Part shown: positions 57,559-64,000 of the stretch, piece after piece | Position numbering within the stretch: the first letter of the stretch is position 1 | Layout: every line of letters begins with the position of its first letter | DNA from: Clostridia bacterium | GTDB lineage: Bacteria > Bacillota > Clostridia > Christensenellales > DTU072 | Assembly: GCA_041670385.1 (NCBI GenBank) | Contig: JBAXZI010000003.1 | Span: 1,618 to 65,617, forward strand | DNA length: 64,000 bases | Reading direction: 5' to 3' | Notes under the pieces: model-generated | What the model was told of the DNA's origin: nothing | Databases searched by the model: none | The model's input: only the letters and a program-made list of their open reading frames with translations | Position numbers and translations under genes: made by a program

Positions 57559-58284
57559 ATGAAAATATACGATGGAATAATAAATGTAACAAACGAATTA
57601 CTAAGTAAGCAAAGTGCAAAAAACTTGCCAGTAACTTATAAAGAAAATTGGAAAACCTCAAAATCTAACGAGTTTATATTAAGCAGAGATGCTTCATACG
57701 AACTTGGAGTACGAGAGTTTCCCTCTGCTGCATTTTTATGCCCTACTTCTAATGAAAATCTAGTAAATAAAGATGAGTTGCTTTTATATGGACAAGACCT
57801 AACAGAAATAAAAGAAAATATAGCTTTTTCTAGAATTACTTATCTTAGGATAAAAGACCAACCCGATATGAGCCAAAATACAATTTATAAAAACATAAAA
57901 GCTCTTGAATTTGCTCATTATAGACTTAATCTAAATGGTTATATGCTAACAGCATCAAGTATGCTTAATAAAGAACAAGTTAGAATTAGTAAAGACGCTA
58001 TAAAAAATGGTATTAATTTTGAAACGATAGGCAATTACTATATAAATGCCTACAAGAAAAACCCTATGGTAAAAAATGTAAAAATAATGTTTATTACCGG
58101 CACTTTGCCAATATCTGATGAACTAATAACAGCAGGTGCTAGAGTAGCCGACATAACAAATTCTTTTGACCACGCACTTAAGAATGTAACCTTAGACTGC
58201 GACAGTTGCTCATTAAAGCCTATTTGCGATGAAGTCGAAGGAATGCGCCAAACTCACTTTGATTTGGTTAATAATAAGAATTAG
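57559..58284 (+). CDS. Orphan protein resembling the central domain of acetyl-CoA synthase (CdhC/AcsB family) with C-terminal CxxCx5C
   Basis: 241 aa. VRISKDAIKNGINFETIGNYYINAYKK...VKIMFITG parallels my memory of AcsB LRVSKDAVAKGFRFKNYGEILVAKMKE...VQVTIFTD. LDCDSCSLKPIC sits where AcsB has its first A-cluster Cys motif. Confidence 0.5.
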   Translation: MKIYDGIINVTNELLSKQSAKNLPVTYKENWKTSKSNEFILSRDASYELGVREFPSAAFLCPTSNENLVNKDELLLYGQDLTEIKENIAFSRITYLRIKDQPDMSQNTIYKNIKALEFAHYRLNLNGYMLTASSMLNKEQVRISKDAIKNGINFETIGNYYINAYKKNPMVKNVKIMFITGTLPISDELITAGARVADITNSFDHALKNVTLDCDSCSLKPICDEVEGMRQTHFDLVNNKN

Positions 58285-58291
58285 AGGGTTT

Positions 58292-59878
58292 TCAATTCTC
58301 TATGTTATCTATATCATCATCTAGATTCTTTATAACTTCTCTTAAGTTATTTGTGTTATCTGTAATAATACTTTCAACAAATTTTTCAACTTCCGTTTCG
58401 GAATCAATTCGATAAACTGAATGGTTTTCCAAATAATTCGACACTTCTATAGTTTTTTTCTTAGAAAGTGGATAAAATAACAGAACTATTATCATTAATA
58501 GCGCACTTACTGCGGATATAATACTAACCACATCAAACCATTGACAAGTAATTGCCCTTTGATGTAAAGTCAAAACAGCAGAATTTGCAAAATCCTTTGG
58601 TTCGAACCCAATTTTTCTTTGCCAAAACCAAGAACCCATCATAAATATTTGTGAACAAAGTAAAGGCACAGTTATTAGTAAATTTTGAAGATGTCCTTCT
58701 AATCTTTTACCTGATATAAATTGTTGATAATCGGCTATATCGCCTAACATAATAGGTACAATAACCGAAGCTATAGCCATAGCACTAATAAAATGAAAAA
58801 TAGTAACCACAATTAGAGAAGTCATACCTATAGGAATGTTTTCATAACCAATTATAGCAAGAACACTATTACCAATTAAAGCACACGATGTATAAATTAT
58901 CAGCACCACTTTTTTACTAAATTTCCTTGTTAGCACAGGCATTAGAAAAGCTGATACAGTAAATCCTAAAGACATAATCGACATAGGAATACCAGAAATT
59001 TTAATAGCATCATTTACATTTTCAGCAAATCTAAATTGTATAATAAGCCATCTAAATAAAGCGGAAAATTCTCTTAATGACCCAAGAATAAGTGCAAAAC
59101 ACAATATTTTAAGCGGTTTATTTTTGGAGAGCATTTTTAATGCTTCTATTACACTTACCTTGTTTACTTTTTGGGTATTTGCATCAATAGTTTGATGCAC
59201 TCTTTCTTTTACTCTAAGCAAGAAAAACACTAATAAAATACCAATTGAAACACTACCTATGCCGATAATTCTTATAGCTACAAATTCTTTACCTAATAAT
59301 CCAAAATGACTACGCAATGGACCAGCTATAAGTGCTATAAGCGAAGGAATTAGTCCGCCTATCAAGCTTACGGGAGTCATTACATCAGCCCTCTCTTGTT
59401 GATTTGGCGTAATTATTGTAGGCATTGTAAGTGCCATATTATTGGCAAATACATAACATAATAGTGCAGGAATACAAGTACAATATGCATAAATTATTCT
59501 CGAATTTTCACTTTCAAATTGTGGCACCCAAAGTACCAAAATTACCAAAATAACATATAAAGGCATCATACACAAAATATAAGGTTTATATTTACCAAAT
59601 TTTGTATTTGTCCTTTCCATAAGATTTCCCAAAAATGGTTGCACAATCATATTAAGCAAACTTCCTGATGCAACAATAATATATGCGTGTATTGTATCAA
59701 TTCTATAAAAATAAGGCAATAAAGCAACTGTCGCCACAAAAATTAACGAACCACCTATTGCCCCATTGCCCAATACATACAATGAATAATTCAGGAATTC
59801 TTTAATTGACAAATACCGCCCCTTTGCAGGCTTATTCCAAGTAATTTTGCTCTTTATATGTTTGTTATCTTTTGACAT
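58292..59878 (-). CDS. MFS transporter (glycoside-pentoside-hexuronide:cation symporter-like) with acidic C-terminal tail
   Basis: 528 aa, about 12 TM. Confidence 0.7.
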   Translation of the reverse strand: MSKDNKHIKSKITWNKPAKGRYLSIKEFLNYSLYVLGNGAIGGSLIFVATVALLPYFYRIDTIHAYIIVASGSLLNMIVQPFLGNLMERTNTKFGKYKPYILCMMPLYVILVILVLWVPQFESENSRIIYAYCTCIPALLCYVFANNMALTMPTIITPNQQERADVMTPVSLIGGLIPSLIALIAGPLRSHFGLLGKEFVAIRIIGIGSVSIGILLVFFLLRVKERVHQTIDANTQKVNKVSVIEALKMLSKNKPLKILCFALILGSLREFSALFRWLIIQFRFAENVNDAIKISGIPMSIMSLGFTVSAFLMPVLTRKFSKKVVLIIYTSCALIGNSVLAIIGYENIPIGMTSLIVVTIFHFISAMAIASVIVPIMLGDIADYQQFISGKRLEGHLQNLLITVPLLCSQIFMMGSWFWQRKIGFEPKDFANSAVLTLHQRAITCQWFDVVSIISAVSALLMIIVLLFYPLSKKKTIEVSNYLENHSVYRIDSETEVEKFVESIITDNTNNLREVIKNLDDDIDNIEN

Positions 59879-59900
59879 TCACAAAGCCCAAATTCCCTTT

Positions 59901-61148
59901 TTATTTATTTTCTTTTAACATTATAAACGGAAATATAATAAATAACAACCCAGCTAAACCATACATAATATATTGCAATCCAAAGTTATCTGCAACCGCA
60001 CCTAATATTGGCGCCAATATAATAACAAAAATAGATTTTACTTGTGATGCTACACTTAGCATCGTTGCTCTTTCGCATTTATTTATATTATTATCTATTT
60101 CATCTATAAAAATAGGTTTTCTCGTATTTTGAGCTAGGTAAATAATTAAGAATATAAAACAAATAATTAATGGATTTTTAATAAATATGCCTAATAACAA
60201 CATAGTTAAACATAAAATAATATGCATTATGTTAAGACTTGCTTTTGAATTAAATTTGTTTTTAATCAAATAAGATCTTCTTGAGGCAATTGACCCGAAT
60301 ACATTAAAGAAAGCATATAATACACCCAAAACTATATGCAAATTATCATCGGGCGACATTTTTTTCAATAATAAAATACCTGACCCAACAATAAGCATTT
60401 CCATAATAGGTTGTATATAGTCTTTTATTGATGATACAACCGCTTCAAATGACCCTTCTCCTACCAATATTTTTCGCAAATTTCTATTGTGAAAAATACT
60501 TTGTCCAAACATTTTGACCATTGCTTTAAAACTTATTTTATCTTGCAACGCAGACTTATCTAATGATTTTGGATATGTCATTATTAATATATAATCTAAA
60601 ATATATGGAATTATGGAAGCTAGGAAAATATATCCGACTTTAGGCACATTAAGAATAATTATTATTGCAAGAAGCGAACTAATTGCACTACCTATTAGAG
60701 ATGCCGAACGGGTTTTTCCATAAACATAAGTCTTGTTATCCTGCCAATTTTTTTCTTCCAAATAAGTGTATATCATTGCTTTATGCGTACCTGACCTAAA
60801 AGCTTCGCCTAATCCAAAAAACACCATAGCAACTGCCGCTATCCCAAAATTTTTGCTGAAAAAGAAAAACACAAATGATACCGCATAAAAGATAAAACAC
60901 ATACTTAATTCTTTTTTACGCCCGATATAGTCCGCAATAAACCCAGATGGAATTTCAAAAATATTAATTATAATTTCTCTAATACTTATCAAAATACCTA
61001 TTTGTAATAAATTTAGGTCATTACTCATTAAATAGACAAGCAAAAATGGCTCAAAAAATTTCAAATCCTTTAAGAATCCATATAAACAAAATTTTATTAT
61101 CTGCTTATCTCGAGATATTACTTTTTTTAGAGATTTATCCAATATCAA
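59901..61148 (-). CDS. MFS transporter
   Basis: 415 aa, about 12 TM. Start codon uncertain (TTG). Confidence 0.7.
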   Translation of the reverse strand: MILDKSLKKVISRDKQIIKFCLYGFLKDLKFFEPFLLVYLMSNDLNLLQIGILISIREIIINIFEIPSGFIADYIGRKKELSMCFIFYAVSFVFFFFSKNFGIAAVAMVFFGLGEAFRSGTHKAMIYTYLEEKNWQDNKTYVYGKTRSASLIGSAISSLLAIIIILNVPKVGYIFLASIIPYILDYILIMTYPKSLDKSALQDKISFKAMVKMFGQSIFHNRNLRKILVGEGSFEAVVSSIKDYIQPIMEMLIVGSGILLLKKMSPDDNLHIVLGVLYAFFNVFGSIASRRSYLIKNKFNSKASLNIMHIILCLTMLLLGIFIKNPLIICFIFLIIYLAQNTRKPIFIDEIDNNINKCERATMLSVASQVKSIFVIILAPILGAVADNFGLQYIMYGLAGLLFIIFPFIMLKENK

Positions 61149-61275
61149 ATACCTTCTATAATTATGTAGGTTAGCTATATACTAACACACCCTATGACTA
61201 TTATCAATTATTATTATTTACTTGCTAAAATCAATATTATAAACTATACTTACGATATATTGAGAGGATATTAAA

Positions 61276-63114
61276 ATGCCATTTTTGCCCACAACTAAAG
61301 AAGAATTAAATAATCAAGCACCTGACTTTATACTAATTTGTACAGATGCTTATGTTGACCATCCTTCTTTTGGACACGCCATTGTTTCTAGAATAATAGA
61401 ACATTACGGTTTTTCCATCGGAATAATTCCACAACCACAAAATGATGCTGATTATCAAAAATTAGGCACTCCAAATATTGGATTTTTCATTAGCGGTGGA
61501 GTCGTAGATAGTATGGTAAACAATTATACTGTAGCTAAATTAAGGCGTAGTCAAGATGTTTATAGTGAAGGCGGAATAGTTGGTAAAGTTCCTGACCGTG
61601 CACTAACATTTCACACTAAAAATGTACGCAAACTTTTCCCTGATAGCTATATTTGTATTGGCGGAATTGAGGCGAGTTTAAGAAGATTTGCCCACTACGA
61701 TTATTGGAATGATAAAGTTATGCCATCGATTCTTGTAGACGCACCTGCTGATCTACTTATTTATGGTATGGGTGAAAAACCGATAGCAGAATTGCTTACT
61801 ATGGTAAAACGGAATATTCCAATTAGTAATATTAAAGATATAAGAGGAACTTGTTATCTAACCGAAAGAGATAATTTACCAAAAAAAATATTAAAAGAGT
61901 TAGATGAAAATAAAATAAATAGAATTCCATCTTATGAAAAAATACAAAATAACAAAACAACATATATTAATGCATTTAATATAGAATATAAGTGTAATGA
62001 ATTTAACACCAAATATGCCCTTTTACAAAAGCAAAACGAAAAATATTTGGTAGTTAATCCACCACAATTTCCACTATCAACTGAAGAATTAGATGAAGTT
62101 TATACATATCCTTATATGCGTAATTACCACCCGATGTATAAAAAAGGTGTACCCGCAATAAGCGAAGTAAAGTTTAGTCTAACCTCAACTCGTGGCTGTT
62201 TTGGTGCTTGCAATTATTGTGCTATTAGTATGCATCAAGGTAGACAAATAACAAAAAGAAGTAAAGAAAGCTTAATCGAAGAAGCTATTTTAATGACTAA
62301 AGATAAAGATTTTAAGGGGTATATTCACGATGTAGGTGGCCCAACTGCCAATTTCAGGAACCCTTCTTGTGCAAAACAAGCAAAAGTCGGTAGTTGCCAA
62401 GACAAAACTTGTATCGGGTTTTCGCCTTGCCCAAATCTAGAAGTTGACCATTCTGAGTATATGGATATTTTGCGGACTTTACGCACATTACCTAAAGTTA
62501 AAAAAGTATTTGTAAGAAGTGGTATCCGTTTTGATTATTTGATGATGGATAGAAATTCAAAAGCTATACTAAAAGAATTAGTAGAATATCATATTTCCGG
62601 ACAACTTCGTGTAGCGCCAGAACATTGTGTAGATAAGGTTCTTCAAATCATGAACAAAACACCTAATAGCGTATTCGATGAATTCCGCTTGCTTTATGAT
62701 AAAGTTACTACAGAATTAGGCTTAAAACAATATATCGTACCTTATTTAATAAGTTCGCACCCCGGTTCAGACACTAAAGATGCTATAAAATTAGCTTGTT
62801 ATCTCAAATCTATTAATGTCAGACCCGAACAAGTACAGGATTTTTATCCTACACCTAGTACAAAATCTACAACTATGTACTATACGGGACTTGACCCCGA
62901 CACCCTAAAAGCTGTATATGTGCCGAACACAAAACAAGAAAAACAAATAAACCGTGCTTTACTTCAATATTATGAAGATAGCAATTATAATCAAATAAAA
63001 GAAATTCTAATAGCAAATAATCGTAGCGATTTAATAGGGTTTGGTGCAAAATGTTTGATACAACCGACACAACCAATACCCAAAAATAGCCATACTAGCT
63101 ATCCTAAAAAATAA
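61276..63114 (+). CDS. ygiQ: YgiQ-family radical SAM protein
   Basis: MPFLPTTKEE...DAYVDHPSFG N-terminus and CFGACNYCAISMHQG radical-SAM motif. 612 aa. Confidence 0.85.
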   Translation: MPFLPTTKEELNNQAPDFILICTDAYVDHPSFGHAIVSRIIEHYGFSIGIIPQPQNDADYQKLGTPNIGFFISGGVVDSMVNNYTVAKLRRSQDVYSEGGIVGKVPDRALTFHTKNVRKLFPDSYICIGGIEASLRRFAHYDYWNDKVMPSILVDAPADLLIYGMGEKPIAELLTMVKRNIPISNIKDIRGTCYLTERDNLPKKILKELDENKINRIPSYEKIQNNKTTYINAFNIEYKCNEFNTKYALLQKQNEKYLVVNPPQFPLSTEELDEVYTYPYMRNYHPMYKKGVPAISEVKFSLTSTRGCFGACNYCAISMHQGRQITKRSKESLIEEAILMTKDKDFKGYIHDVGGPTANFRNPSCAKQAKVGSCQDKTCIGFSPCPNLEVDHSEYMDILRTLRTLPKVKKVFVRSGIRFDYLMMDRNSKAILKELVEYHISGQLRVAPEHCVDKVLQIMNKTPNSVFDEFRLLYDKVTTELGLKQYIVPYLISSHPGSDTKDAIKLACYLKSINVRPEQVQDFYPTPSTKSTTMYYTGLDPDTLKAVYVPNTKQEKQINRALLQYYEDSNYNQIKEILIANNRSDLIGFGAKCLIQPTQPIPKNSHTSYPKK

Positions 63115-63130
63115 CCTATAAATTAGTAAA

Positions 63131-63158
63131 AAACGGAACAAATATGTTCCGTTTTTTT
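63131..63158 (+). terminator. Rho-independent terminator after ygiQ
   Basis: ACGGAACA-aata-TGTTCCGT followed by T6. Confidence 0.8.
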
Positions 63159-63220
63159 AGTTATTCATACGAATATAATATAAGTACAAGTGTATGCAAA
63201 CTATACATTTGTAGTATATC

Positions 63221-63249
63221 TTGACTAAAATTAGCTTATATGCTATAAT
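63221..63249 (+). promoter_or_regulatory. Sigma-70-type promoter (TTGACT-17 nt-TATAAT) of the TetR gene
   Basis: Hexamers at 63221-63226 and 63244-63249. Confidence 0.6.
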
Positions 63250-63314
63250 AAAACAAATCAAATGTATTTAAGCATACAAAATTGTCTATATGTATACTAA
63301 CTTAGGAGCGATTT

Positions 63315-63902
63315 ATGCCAAAACAAAAAGAAGACTTAAGAGTTTTACGCACAAGAAAATTGTTATATTCTACACTTATAACTTTATTACAAAAACAATC
63401 AATAGAGGATTTAAGTGTAGTTGGAATTTGCGATATGGCAATGGTTCACAGAACTACATTTTATGCATATTTTGAAGATAAATATCATCTACTTACTTGT
63501 TTAGTAGAAGAAATAAAACATAATGAGCTTGAAAAATTAGATAAGAATATGAATGAACTAAATCTTAAGGATTTTTGTAGAGCCGCTGCATTAACAATTC
63601 TAAATTATATAGCAGAACACGAAGATATAATTAGAAAAATCTTTGAAAACAATAATAATGAAAAAGTTATGAGTGTTATAAGAACTTCTCTTGAAAGAAG
63701 CATAAAAGATATGGTACACGCTGAAAATAAACAAATAGGCTACAAACTTCCCGTTTATATTATTAGCACATTCTTTACCGGTGGTATTTATAATGTATTT
63801 TATTTTTGGCTAAGCAATCCAGAAATTCATGTAACTCGTATAAAGTGGATGGAATATATCGATATAATTCTAAATGATGATTTATACACCCAAATTAATT
63901 AA
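63315..63902 (+). CDS. TetR/AcrR-family transcriptional regulator
   Basis: N-terminal HTH ...LSVVGICDMAMVHRTTFYAYFEDKY. Confidence 0.85.
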   Translation: MPKQKEDLRVLRTRKLLYSTLITLLQKQSIEDLSVVGICDMAMVHRTTFYAYFEDKYHLLTCLVEEIKHNELEKLDKNMNELNLKDFCRAAALTILNYIAEHEDIIRKIFENNNNEKVMSVIRTSLERSIKDMVHAENKQIGYKLPVYIISTFFTGGIYNVFYFWLSNPEIHVTRIKWMEYIDIILNDDLYTQIN

Positions 63903-63934
63903 TACAAAATCCAAACAATAAATTTTTTAATAAT

Positions 63935-63968
63935 AAAACCGCCTATAATAATTTATAGGCGGTTTTAT
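63935..63968 (+). terminator. Rho-independent terminator after the TetR gene
   Basis: AACCGCCTATAA-taat-TTATAGGCGGTT followed by a T-rich tail. Confidence 0.75.
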
Positions 63969-64000
63969 TATTTATTCTACTTCTGTCATTTTGCAAAATG

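Noticed and set aside
58599-58609. GGTTCGAACCC, which resembles a tRNA T-arm.
   Set aside because: It lies inside the 528-aa MFS transporter CDS, with no flanking acceptor, D or anticodon arms. No tRNA can be folded around it.
1-64000. Search for mobile elements, prophage, toxin-antitoxin or known anti-phage defence gene signatures (integrase, transposase, restriction/helicase/nuclease/STAND ATPase, Cas).
   Set aside because: No ORF shows the corresponding motifs. The only phage-like features are tail-fibre-style repeats within a lipoprotein, with no other phage genes around them. The novelty candidates here are metabolic/redox clusters rather than defence islands.

Overview
AT-rich (by eye about 30% GC) bacterial chromosome segment. 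Gene content and order look like an anaerobic Bacillota, probably Clostridia-like: KOW protein between map and infA, zinc-type S14, type-2 GalT, many lipoproteins with Listeria-Bacteroides repeats. Taxonomy is inference only, since no database search was possible. Layout: (1) 1-15.6 kb, minus strand: the S10-spc-alpha ribosomal superoperon from rpsJ to rpoA. rpoA runs off the window edge. rpmJ, rpmD and rpoA were found by hand because the ORF track misses them. rpsD carries an in-frame TAG followed by its conserved C-terminus in the same frame. (2) 15.6-33.3 kb: BspA-type LRR surface protein, galT/galK, pncB, a membrane HExxH protein, a heterodimeric ABC exporter with a truncated MarR remnant, luxS, two small unknowns, an ABC-2 transporter with an extracytoplasmic FMN-binding lipoprotein, and an HdeD-like protein. 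(3) 33.3-39.3 kb: lplA, then a 4-gene NuoE/NuoF/NuoG-N-like Fe-S flavoprotein operon with two copies of an unassigned Cys-bearing domain and no catalytic hydrogenase or formate dehydrogenase domain. This operon is divergent from an AhpD-like CxxC protein and a free-standing 74-aa lipoyl/biotinyl domain. I flag this as a candidate undescribed lipoyl-carrier redox system. (4) 39.4-48.1 kb: a surface-lipoprotein island. One giant protein is separated from its transglutaminase-like C-terminal part by a single in-frame TAA. (5) 48.3-50.4 kb: divergent CDP-ribitol-type cytidylyltransferase genes. (6) 50.6-58.3 kb: OYE/enoate-reductase-like flavoprotein, CooC-like CxC ATPase, two 2-hydroxyacyl-CoA-dehydratase/BCR-family subunits, their ATP-dependent activase, and an orphan protein resembling the central domain of acetyl-CoA synthase. 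I flag this as a second candidate undescribed metalloenzyme system. (7) 58.3-64 kb: two MFS transporters, a YgiQ radical-SAM protein and a TetR regulator. I saw no rRNA, tRNA, CRISPR array, transposase, integrase or recognisable phage-defence genes. All family assignments rest on motifs read from the translations and on remembered homologues, and need HMM/BLAST confirmation.
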